From: Mobula hypostoma
Taxonomy: Eukaryota
Reading direction: 5' to 3'
NCBI RefSeq assembly: GCF_963921235.1
Contig: NC_086105.1
Location: forward strand, 57,908,001 to 57,972,000
DNA length: 64,000 bases
Shown here: piece after piece, positions 51,827 through 63,281 of the stretch
Layout: each line of letters begins with the position of its first letter
Position numbering within the stretch: position 1 is the first letter of the stretch
Translations under genes and position numbers: made by a program
The notes under the pieces: generated by a model
What the model was told of the DNA's origin: nothing
The model's input: the letters and a program-made list of their open reading frames with translations, nothing else
Databases searched by the model: none

Positions 51827-52925
51827 AAAGTCAATGGCTTTGTGTTTTGCATTCTATGTCTTTCACTTTTTTTTGATGTTTGGGTGGTTTGATCAGTTTT
51901 TTGCTCATTGGTGTTTGCTGTTTTTCTTTGAATGTGTTCCATGGTTTGTGTCTCGTGGCAGTCTGTGGGAAGATGAATCTCAGGGATGTATACTACATAC
52001 AAAATGAGATAATAAATCTACTTTGAATCTTTTAATTTATGTCAATTACCTGTAGAGAATAAAGTTGGTAAATACTCTAGAGTGTATCATGCTTTTAAGA
52101 TCTGAACAAGGGAAAACAAGATGCAAACGAACATTAACTTTAGCATAAAATCATCAGCATTTAATTAACATTAGCATAAAATCAAGCATTTGGCCAGTGT
52201 TAAACGATAAATTGAATATTTCGTCAGTATAGTTCATTTGAGAACAAAGCAGCAGAATTAGGTGACCACTTAAGCAAACCGTTGAATTGTCACAATCGAG
52301 GCAGAGAGCAGTACAGCTTTGGTACAGGCCCTTTTGCCAAAAGAGTCCATGCTTACCAGATTGTCCATCACCCCAGTCCCAATAGCCTGTGTTCAGCTCA
52401 TTTCCCTCCAGGCCCTAAATGATGCTATCATCTCTGCTTCTCCCACTTCCTCTGGCAGAACATTCCATTTACTCACCAGTGTCTACCTGAAAATATTGCC
52501 CTTTGAGGGCCTTTCAGAATCATTTCCCTCCCATCCTAAATCGACGCTCCTTTTTGGACTCCCCTATCCTGGGGAAAATATTGTTGCCAACCACCTCATC
52601 TAATCTCTCAGAATTTTAAACACATCTCTAAGTTCATCTCTTAGTCTCCTAAATTCCAAAGAGTGAAGACCTAGCCCAGCCAACCTCCATAACTCCGGGC
52701 CTCTGGAGCAATATACAATGTATTAGTTCATAACAGATCACCCAACTAGATTGAGAACATTTCTTAAACTCTCAAAAGAAAGTAGATTACCCGATATAAT
52801 TGAAGTGAACTAACACCTCACAGAGAAGTGACACCTCTCTGCCCATTTTGAAGGAGAGAGCGAGCCTGCAGTATGTCAAATTGTCCGGTGAAAATATTTT
52901 TTTCAGCTGCTGATCATGATCTTTC

Positions 52926-54947
52926 TTTTTTTTTAATATAATTTTTATTGAGTTTTCAAGTGATACATGAGGGAAAAAAATATCTACCCTCCCCCCTCCC
53001 CTTAACTCTCCCCCCCCGATATATACTCCTACCTAAAAAGAAAAGAAAAAAAAAGAAAAAAAAGGAACGGCCTGAATATTGGAAGGTTTGCACATGCTCC
53101 ATGGGATAAAAATAAATTTTATATATATTTGTTACTTTCCCCCAAGGAACCCAGATCTTCATCATCGGAGCTATAAATAAGGGCTCCAAAATATTCAAAA
53201 ATGTTACATATTTATCTCTTAAATTCTAAAACATTACTTAGCTTCTCAACTCTCATAGTTCCCTGGGGAATCTCTTTGAACTTCACCATGTTGCTATGTG
53301 TTTCCCTCCCAATCATCCAGGCAAAAAGAAAAAAAAAATAGATAGATACAAAAAAAGAAAAAACAAAATACCCCCCTACTAATGTTGTGAATGAAAAGAT
53401 ACACAACACTACCCCCCTCCATTGTGCGGGTCGTGGCTATTGCCACGCTTGCACACATGAATAACGTAGCGATTGGACAGTGTTTCTTCCAGCTCCCCCG
53501 TAACAAAAAATTATATATATATAGAAAAAAAAATTAATGTTATTATTCCCAGCTAATATTCCTCAAATTGTAACCTTTCTTCCCCTCCCTCATATAATTA
53601 ATAATATATTTATATATTCATCTGCCTAAAAATTCAACAGGCCTAATCCTTAATCCAGTCTTCATCTTCAATCCATCTCGCTCCCCTAAGTTTGTTCTTG
53701 TATGTGGTGAATATTCAAGGAACCTCGCACAAACTCCTCTGCTTTCCGGTAATCGTCAAAAAATCTTTTTTCTCCACCAGACAAGAGAATCTTCAAGGTT
53801 GCAGGATAACGCAATATAAATTGATAACCGTGATCCCATAGGGCTTTCTTCACTGGATTGAACTTCTTCCTTCTTTTCAAAAGTTCATAACTTATGTCAG
53901 GGTAGAAAAAAATTTTCTTCCCTTCTATCACCAGTGGCCCTTTTCTCTTCTTGGCAGCTTGGGCAGTCACCTGTAGAATCCTTTCTTTGTCTTGAAATCC
54001 TAAGAATTTGATTAAAATTGATCGTGGATATTGGTCATCTTGTGGTTTTGGGCTCAGAGCTCTATGTATCCGCTCAATTTCAATTGATCGGTCTTCCTCT
54101 TTCATTTGCAAGGTTTTCGGGATCCATCTTTGAAAAAATTCTATTGGATTATCTCCCTCTATACCTTCTTTGAGACCAACAATTTTAATGTTATTACGTC
54201 TAAAATTTTCCAACACGTCCACTTTCTCCAAGAGTCGATTTCTTTCCGTGTTCCAGACAAGCACATTATTTTCTGTTTTTTCCACTCTATCGTTAATATG
54301 CTCCATTGTTCTTTCCATCTTCTGAAGTTTCTTATCCATTTTATCCTGTCTTTTCATAGCTTTATCATAGCACATCTTCACGTCTCTAAGCTCTGTTCTT
54401 AATTTTCTTAATTCAGCCGTTAACTGCAATAAAGCCTCTCTTATGTCTCCATCGTCTCCTTTACTTCCAATCTCTTCCAGTTCTTCCTCCTCTTCTTCAT
54501 CTGTATTCTCTGCGCTATCCAATTCTGACTCTGATTCACTTTCAGTTGCAGTGGCCGTCAGTTCTTGTAGTTTAAATTGTGTCGATTTGCGCATGCGCAA
54601 TTCCGGCATCTTCTTCCGAGAGACCGCTACCACCGTCATTGCTCCCTGTACTTCTACGCCGGAGATAAAATGCGTCTCCCCTGAAGGAGATCCAACCTGA
54701 ATCCGAGGTTCCATCACTGCAGTAGGCTCTTTTATCTTCCCATCTCGCGGCGACTTCACAACAACAGACTTCTTCTGTTGCGGTTTACGAGGCATATCAT
54801 AGAGTAGGCTTACGAAGTTTATAAGTAGTTTTCGGAAAGTATTTATTAACTTTACTTTGTTTAAACGGTACTTTGCTGATTTTTTACGGGAGAGCTAGAT
54901 TTACATGTCTCAATCCTACGTCATCACGTGACGCCCCCCCCCACCCC
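52926..54947 (-). mobile_element. Full-length ORF1-only (half-L1-like) L1 element
   Basis: 14-bp TSD GATCATGATCTTTC at 52912-52925 and 54948-54961; AATAAA and A-tail at 52926-52949; G-rich CpG 5' end. Confidence 0.9.
53686..54795 (-). CDS. L1 ORF1p (coiled coil, RRM, C-terminal domain), intact 369 aa
   Basis: RRNNIKIVGLKEG, IERIHRA, PRSILIKF, YPDIS, RRKKF, YPATLKI; acidic N-terminal tract. Confidence 0.9.
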   Translation of the reverse strand: MPRKPQQKKSVVVKSPRDGKIKEPTAVMEPRIQVGSPSGETHFISGVEVQGAMTVVAVSRKKMPELRMRKSTQFKLQELTATATESESESELDSAENTDEEEEEELEEIGSKGDDGDIREALLQLTAELRKLRTELRDVKMCYDKAMKRQDKMDKKLQKMERTMEHINDRVEKTENNVLVWNTERNRLLEKVDVLENFRRNNIKIVGLKEGIEGDNPIEFFQRWIPKTLQMKEEDRSIEIERIHRALSPKPQDDQYPRSILIKFLGFQDKERILQVTAQAAKKRKGPLVIEGKKIFFYPDISYELLKRRKKFNPVKKALWDHGYQFILRYPATLKILLSGGEKRFFDDYRKAEEFVRGSLNIHHIQEQT

Positions 54948-55224
54948 GATCATGATCTTTCCAGGGGCCTCTGCTATTGCTTGCTTGATGGGTGGAGGGT
55001 GGTGATGATTTTTGCTGAAGTAAATGGGGGAGGGTGATGCTCAATGTATTGCAGCTGCTTGTGCATGTGGGGGACTTCGGGGTATGAACACTTTTACCGT
55101 CACTGATTCTTTGGGGTGCTCTTCTGTTTTCTTGGATGTCCGTGAAGAACAAAAACTTCAGGTTATATATTCCATACGTTCTCTGACATTAAATATAACT
55201 ATTGAACTTGTTTGTTTTTTCGAT

Positions 55225-55537
55225 CTGAGGTTTACTTATTTGTCATGTGCACTATGAAATATCAAAAAATACAGTGTGTGTTATTTGCAACAATGACCAA
55301 CAGAGTCCAAGGATGTGCTGGAGGTTGCCCAGCCAGTGTCACCATACTTCCAATGCCAGAATAACATGCCCACAACTCACTAAACTAAGCTCACATCTTT
55401 GGAATGTTGGAGGAAACATGAGCACCCAAAGGAAACTCATGCCATCGAGGGGAGAATGTACTTACAGTGATGGGAATTGAACCCAGGTTACTGGCACTGT
55501 AAAGCATTATGCTAAATGTTGTGTGACCATACTGCCC
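55225..55537 (-). mobile_element. V-SINE-like element with non-CR1 tail
   Basis: tRNA-like head (GGGTTCAATTCC B box), V-domain-like core, tail ending CACATGACAAATAAGTAAACC. Confidence 0.6.
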
Positions 55538-56921
55538 AATATACCAGGACAAACGTACTGAGCAATAAATACATTCTGGTGTTTGGTCCCTATTGATCAG
55601 GTGGTACTTGAAATACACAGTACAAGACAGTTAGTGTATAGGACAATGCTATTTGTTTTAATTTTGACCTAAATGAAATTGCCAAATTGGTGTGGCAACA
55701 ACGGAGCTGAATTGATGTGATTCTGGGAATTTAACAATTAGCACCTTCAGTTTTAAAGGAAACAAGGTATGCTTCCTGCAACAGTTTGATCAGGAGGAGC
55801 CACGGAATAGAAAGGTTGAAAAAATATTTACCTGTACAAATATGATTTATTGAGGCTTGAACAGTTTATAATATAGTATTAGTAACAATGAAATTAAGGG
55901 AAGAAACAGAATCTTATTTTGTTCACAACTGGTAAAGATTTTAAGACTCCTTTTCACAAAGCACGCTAATCCTGTTGAGGTGGCAAGGAAGATAGATGAA
56001 ATAATCAATAAAGTATGATAATGTTGTCAAACTAGAGAAATCACTGTATATTGTGTGCACAATACCTGTTAATTGTTTGATAGGATATTTCCATCATACT
56101 CACACTCATTATTTCCAACATAAAACATTAAAGAGAGTCAGCTAGAACATCTTATCATTGGGCCTTTTACTCTGCTGTGTGACTCAATGTCTCCCCCCCC
56201 CCCCACTCCCACCCAATGTCTATGATGACCATCAAATACTTATCTATCCTGTTACCACTTACCAGCACTTGGACTGTAGCCTTTGAAGCTTAACCAATTC
56301 ATGTGTTCTTCTTTTGCAAATATTGTGGTATCTCCACTAAGTTCTCAGGCAGCCATCCTCTCAGCGATATTCCTTTTTCCCCTTGGTTCCTTTCTTAGTG
56401 GTCAGCTGAAACCCCTCCAATCCACCTTTAAATTCCTTCCCCTCCCCTTGTTCGACTTGGCTTAGACCCAACCATGAAAAATGACTATGTACCATATCTA
56501 TGCCTTTGATAATTTATATACCTCCCTCAAGCCATCCTTCAACCACTTTTTCATTGGAAAGAAGGATTTGTTGAATCAACTGGAGAAAGTTTGTTCTTCC
56601 ATTTTAAAGCCCTTAATTGATATACAATATATACAGTAATTTGAAGCTTTAATTGTGTCAGACAAAGGAGTACAATTATCCATCAGTTGGCTGTGAAAAG
56701 ATGGTGTTTAAATAGAAACAAATGATTCACAAACAGGATGATAATCAGCCCAGCACATTATCCACTCTGAATCGGGTCGATCAGGGTCGTGAACTGCAGG
56801 AACAGCGTGTGACACGGACCTGGCCCAGTGTCAGTGGAATGGAGAGCGTGTTAAAGGAGAGGGAGGTGCGGGAAAACCAGGCATGTTAGGCAGAACGAGG
56901 CAGTGGATTGCTTGGCCCTCG

Positions 56922-57823
56922 TCAGAACTGGGTGTGTTTTATAATAAGAGTCAGAGGATATTTCACAATATCTTTCAGCTGCTCCCTAAAAAGCGTCTGG
57001 GTCACAGCGTAAAGAGCCGTATTCGTGCAGCAGCTAAGGAGCTGCAGCATGTAGGCCACCTCCTGCATTGAATAAGGTGGAAATTCTGTCCCCTGCATAA
57101 GCTGAATCAATTGGACCCATATATAATTTGCTGTAAACAATGCCCATAATGAAATGAAGTTCCCCGAAATTGCCAGCAATAGGATGAGGGATTTTCTGCG
57201 ACTTTCCATCTCTGTGTCTCTGGGAGTTTCCCCAGTGCCGGGACCTCGGAGTCTCTTGCGGGCTCTGCTGGCCACCAAAATGTGTCTGATGGTCACTGCG
57301 TTGAGCAGCAGTACCAGGAGAAACGGGACCACAGGGGTGAGCAGGTAATGAAGGATAGCAATTGTTCCCCAGACTGGAGAGCCCAGAACACCATTCCTTG
57401 TACCGCAAAATCTGGGGTTATCATCAACAAAATACACACCTGTGAGAATAATATACCAGAAAATATTCTTTGAACAGCTCACAGCAGTCACTGTCCCCAT
57501 GACTACTGCCGCCATTCTCTCAGTGCAATATTTATTCCTCAGTCTCTGGTAACAAATGGCCACACATCGATCAAATGTGAAAGCGACAGTAAACCAGACC
57601 GAGCAGTCTGTGGCTGCGTAAATCATGGCTGCTTGGATGTTACACATGCGGAGCGAAAACAGGAACCTGAAGTACTTCGAATAAACAACCGGAATCTGCC
57701 TCAAAATCAGGTCGAGAAAAACGACCAGAAGATCTGCCGCTGCCATGGCAACCAGGTAGTGAGTGACAACTTTGGAGAGTCCGCACTTCCCCCGGGATAG
57801 AATCGCAATCGTCACAATGTTCA
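56922..57823 (-). CDS. GPR139-like class A orphan GPCR, main coding exon (end of TM1 to stop)
   Basis: NIVTIAILSRGKCGLS, YLVAMAAADLL, SVWFTVAFTFDRCVAIC, LLLNAVTI, RRKSLILL, LLSCCTNTALY; no stops; pyrimidine tract + TAG acceptor at 57824-57825 (phase 1). Exon 1 not located. Confidence 0.9.
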
Positions 57824-58624
57824 CTATGGGGGCGGGGGAATAAACAGGTGGATTATGTATGAGGCCAAAGAATAAGATAACAGATTCATTGAGAACGTTT
57901 AGTAGTGAAACCACCTGGTTTCCTTGGCTGCGTGAGTCTGGGGAAAACACTCTCCGGTCCTGCCTTATACCCTGGTATGTGTGCATGCTGTGTAATTTGC
58001 TACCCGGTTACAAATTGGTTCCAGGAAATAATGGACTGTACACTGCATACGATGAAACGAATTATCGGTTCTCCCCAGCGTCTTCTCAATCCATCTCCCG
58101 CTGAACAAAAAAACCCAAGACTAACCTTATTGTCCCTCACCAAGAAAACCTCCCCCAGATTGGATGGCACATTTTCCACATCAACCTGCAGCTTCAACAG
58201 GCTAAACGCAGAAAAGACTGCTTTCCCAGAGCTGCTAAATGAAATACCTATAGCATAACAGTAAAGATGTGCACCCTGCATTATAATTGTGTAACTGTGG
58301 TTATAAATAGCAACGAGGATATCAACATAAGTTGCCGCTTACAAGCATGCACAAATACCCTCGGCTGATGTCGAAGTAGGAGTGCTTGTTCCAGCTCTTG
58401 AGCATTACCCAAACTCCTTGGAAAAATGTGAGGGACTTAGTCCAGTTTTGTGTTCCTGATTATTTAACAAAAGCAATGGACGCAAGGAGAAAAAATGTCT
58501 GCTTCTTCTTTTGGCCTTTACCCAGAGATCCTGGGTCACTGGGGGAGTGTGGAGAGGCGGCCTGCGCATGATGTGGGAGGTTAAGTCAGAAGAAATATTC
58601 CAGGTATATTCAGGTCTAAGAAAT

Positions 58625-61580
58625 AGACAGGTATATTCCAAAAAAGAAGAAATTTTCGAGTGGAAAAAGGATGCAACCATGGTTGACAAGAGAAGTCAAA
58701 GCCAAAGTTAAAGCTAAGGAGAGGGCATACAAGGAAGCAGAAATGATTGGGAAGACAGAGGATTGGGAAGTCTTTAAAACCTTACAAAAGGAAACCAAGA
58801 AGGTCATTAAGAGAGAAAAGATGAACTATGAAAGGAAACTAGCAAATAATATCAAAGAGGATACTAAAAGCTTTTTCAAGTATATAAAGAGTAAAAGACA
58901 GGTGAGAGTAGATATAGGACCGATAGAAAATGATACTGGAGAAATTGTAATGGGAGATGAGGAGATGGCAGAGGAACTGAACAAGTATTTTGCATCAGTC
59001 TTCACTGAGGAAGACAGCAGGATACCGGACACTCAAGGGTGGCAGGGAAGAGATGTGTGCGCAGTCACAATTACGACAGAGAAAGTACTCAGGAAGCTGA
59101 ATAGGCTAAAGGTCGATAAATCTCCTGGACCAGATGGAATGCACCCTCGTGTTCTGAAGGAAGTAGCTGTGGAGATTGCGGAGGCATTAGTGATGATCTT
59201 TCAAAAGTCGATAGATTCTGGCATGGTTCCGGAAGAATGGAAGATTGCAAATGTCACTCCGCTATTTAAGAAGGGGGCAAGGAAGCAAAAAGGAAATTAT
59301 AGACCTGTTAGCTTGACATCGGTGGTTGGGAAGTCGTTGGAGTCGATTGTCAAGGATGAGGTTACAGAGTACCTGGAGGCATATGACAAGATAGGCAGAA
59401 CTCAGCATGGATTCCTTAAAGGAAAATCCTGCCTGACAAACCTATTACAATTTTTTGAGGAAATTACCAGTAGGCTAGACAAGGGAGATGCAGTGGATGT
59501 TGTATATTTGGATTTTCAGAAGGCCTTTGACAAGGTGCCACACATGAGGCTGCTTAACAAGATAAGAGCCCATGGAATTACAGGAAAGTTACATACGTGG
59601 TGTTACGAGAATACACATAAAATTAAGATGTTTGCTGGCCTGGGCTAGCATCAGTGGCATCAGCAGTTGGTCTGCCACCTGCCCTCAGGGGAAGGAGAGA
59701 TAAGGAACAATGGAGCAGCGTCTGGAGATGTGTAATGAAGGGACGTGGGAGAGAGAGCTGTCTGGAGCGGCTCCCCCTTTGAACCCTGAACTGTTTGAAG
59801 TGGTGGACAGGCGATACCCCAGCAGGGGGATAAAAAGGGACAGGTTTGCTAACACAGACACACACGCCACCCGAGGTAACGAGACCCTGGAAGCGGTGCG
59901 CCTCTCACGAGTGGGTGAGAAGCACCAGACAACGACAAGGGTGGAAAGGTACGATCAGCGGGAACCCGGTGTGTGTCCGCCCTTGCCTGGGTGCCGGGTT
60001 CACTGCAGAGGATCGACCGCATCTGGAGGAGGGGTCACAGTCGGTGACCTCAGGTGACATCACCAAGGACCCGCCCAAATGCTGTTTGTGAGCCATCTCG
60101 CTGGTCTGTGAGCCATCTCGCTGGTCTGTGAGTGAAGCAGTGTTCTGAATGATCAGTTGTTCCTATTCTATCTCTCTCTCCCCCCACGTTGTCCCTCGCC
60201 ATGGCAACGATTACTGCGAACTGAACTGGACTGGACTTTGAGTCATTTTGAAATTTGGTCATTTACCCCCTAGACAACGATAGAGCTTGATTGATGCTGT
60301 TATCTTAATTCTGTGCACATGTGCGTTTATCATCGCTGAACTGTTGCATTTATTATCCTTTCGATTACTGTGTTGCTTGTTTCTTTAATAAAACTTTCTT
60401 AGTTCTAGTACTCCAGACTCCAACTGAGTGATCCATTTCTGCTGGTTTGGCAACCCAGTTACGGGGTACGTAACAGTGGATAGAGCGTTGGCTGATTGGC
60501 AGGAAACAGAGAGTGGGAATAAAGGGATCCTATTCTGGTTGGCTGCCGGTTACCAGTAGTTTTCCGCAGGGATCAGTGTTGGGGCCGCTTCTTTTTACAT
60601 TGTACATTAACGATTTGGATTATGGAATAGATGGCTTTGTGGCTAAGTTTACTGATGATACGAAGATAGGTGGAGGGGCCGGTAGTGCTGAGGAAATGGA
60701 GAGTCTGCAGAGAGACTTGGATAGATTGGAAGAATGGGCAGAGAAGTGGCAAATGAAGTACAATGTTGGAAAGTGTATGGTTATGCACTTTGGCAGAAAA
60801 AATAAACGGGCAGACTATTATTTAAATGGGGAAAGAATTCAAAGTTCTGAGATGCAACGGGACTTGGGAGTCCTCGTACAGGATTCCCTTAGAGTTAACC
60901 TCCAGGTTGAGCCGGTAGTGAAGAAAGCGAATGCAATGTTGGCATTCATTTCTAGAGGAATAGAGTATAGGAGCAGGGATGTGATGTTGAGGCTCTATAA
61001 GGCGCTGGTGAGACCTCACTTGGAGTACTGTGGGCAGTTTTGGTCTCCTTATTTAAGAAAGGATGTGCTGACGTTGGAGAGGGTACAGAGAAGATTCACT
61101 AGAATGATTCCGGGAATGAGAGGGTTAACATATGAGGAACGTTTGTCTGCTCTTGGACTGTATTCCTTGGAGTTTAGAAGAATGAGGGGAGACCTCATAG
61201 AAACATTTCGAATGTTAAAAGGCATGGACAGAGTGGATGTGGCAAAGTTGTTTCCCATGATGGGGGAGTCTAGTACGAGAGGGCATGACTTCAGGATTGA
61301 AGGGTGCCCTTTCAGAACAGAAATGCGAAAAAATTTTTTTAGTCAGAGGGTGGTGAATCTATGGAATTTGTTGCCATGGGCAGCAGTGGAGGCCAAGTCA
61401 TTGGGTGTATTTAAGGCAGAGATTGATAGGTATCTGAATAGCCAGGGCATCAAAGGTTATGGTGAGAAGGTGGGGCAGTGGGACTAAATAGGATAAAATG
61501 GATCAGCTCATGATAAAATGGCGGAGCAGAGTCGATGGGCCGAATGGCCTTCTTCTGCTCCTTTGTCTTATGGTCTTATG
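58625..61580 (+). mobile_element. Young 5'-truncated CR1 LINE interrupted by a solo LTR
   Basis: ORFs 58671-59648 and 60513-61487 (NYRPVSLTS, DFQKAFDKVPH, PQGSVLGP, KFTDDT); (TCTTATGG)n tail. Confidence 0.97.
59601..60475 (+). mobile_element. 875-bp solo LTR
   Basis: TGTTACG..CGTAACA termini; TSD GTGG at 59597-59600 and 60476-60479; AATAAA 60387-60392; 20-bp tandem duplication ~60088-60132. Confidence 0.93.
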
Positions 61581-62489
61581 GAAATCTTTACTGCTGTTTG
61601 TTGTGCACTAAACCAGTGTGTGTGGTGTTGTCGGATCAAGCTGCTGCCATTATACATTGCCAGTGACCTTGGGATACTCCAATGGAATAACCAATCTACA
61701 CTCTAATCATTAGCTAATGACCCAGTGACCATGAGGTGGTTTCAACCCCCGCGGTAAGTGTGGGGGAAATTACTTGGTCCCTGCTACTGATTATTCCTTC
61801 GTGAGCTTGGGTTACGTTGACAGAATCATCCAGGATCCTTCAATTAGTTATTTTGAACTGACCCTGATTGGGGTGGACAATCAATTCAAATTCCTGCTCC
61901 TGATAGTTTCCCAATAACTCTGATTTTGATTGGACAACAGGCCAGGCACCTTGGCCTTTACTCCATTGTCCCTGGATTAATATAAGGAAATCAATCCAGT
62001 TTCTGCTCCAGTCTATTGCCCCTGTGCTAGCGTGGGGATGACAGCTCCATTTCCAGGTCCCAATGGTTACAGAATGAACTTGGCATTGTTGGTGAAAAAG
62101 CTCAATTCTCATCTGTTGATCATTACATTGTGTGGGCGAGTCAGCCATGTTCTACGTCATTGCATGGTGAACCTTGGACTTGGACCCCACCTCCACTGAC
62201 TGTGTTCCTCCTCTTTACCGTTTAAAAGACCAGGTCACCATTTGACCTGTCATCTCCTTAACATTCACTGATTTTGATTGCCATCTTTGACTCCACCTTG
62301 TACACTTTAACAGATTGCTCATTCTTCAATCCTTCTCTCCCATATTCATCCACAGGTTAGTAAATATGAGCTACCTGTTCTTATGCCAGTTAATGAACCT
62401 ATAACAAAGACAGTTCTCCTTTCCCACATTGCTGCAGACAAATCTGCAGATCCAATTCTTTCCAACATTTTCTGCTTTATTTCATAAAA

Positions 62490-63035
62490 TTTAGATTAGG
62501 GCCCATTTGGAGTATTTCATTCAGTTCTGGTCATCCCATAGTAGAAATGGCGTAGAAAGTGCAGAAGAGGCTTACCAGGATGTTGTCTGGACTAACGGCC
62601 AACACAATTCCGAAATGGATGGACAGACTTGGGGTTGTTCTCTCTAAAGTGGTTGAGGCCAAGGGGAGATCTAATAGAAATTTACTTGATTATAAGAGGC
62701 ATTGATAGAGTAGATAATGTGCATCGTTCGCCCAGGCTCAAAATGTCTCATACTCAAGGGCATGCAAATCAAGTGAGGGAGTTAGCTTAAAGGAGATGTG
62801 TGGGCGTTTTTTTTTACAAAGAGTGGTGGGTGCCTGGAATGCGCTGCTAGGAGTGACAGTGGAAACAAATATGATAGAACAGAGGCATTTAAGAGACTAT
62901 TAGAGATTAGAATGTATGAGATTAGATGGATATGGATGTTTTGTAGACAGATTGGATTAATTTGGTTAGACATTTACTTTCCAGTTTAATGAGTTTGGCA
63001 AAATATAGTGGGCCATGGGACCTGTTTCTGTGTTA
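62490..63035 (+). mobile_element. Decayed CR1 3' end
   Basis: PHLEYFIQFWSSH and RGDLIE segments plus CR1 3' UTR. Confidence 0.8.
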
Positions 63036-63281
63036 TTTGTTTCCATTTTCTTTTTTTTTGAATTCCATCTTTCATGCAAAAACAATCCCTTGTCAACAGA
63101 TTCACATATTGGCATTAGAAAGTAAATGCCAGAAATTATTTTTTTCAAGACAGTGAACACTGGTTTGACTGCTGCATCCATTTCAGAGCCAAGGACAGTG
63201 ACAGTCACATCAAACACTCCGAGAAACTGCAGGGGAAAATGAACAAGAGGGACCAGTGATTTTATAAGGGATGAAGAACTT

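Noticed and set aside
57824-57986. N-terminal 54 aa of the 354-aa GPCR ORF
   Set aside because: Lies upstream of a good splice acceptor and lacks a convincing TM1; likely intron read-through.
58620-61585. GAAAT as TSD of the young CR1
   Set aside because: Too short and AT-rich to distinguish from chance.
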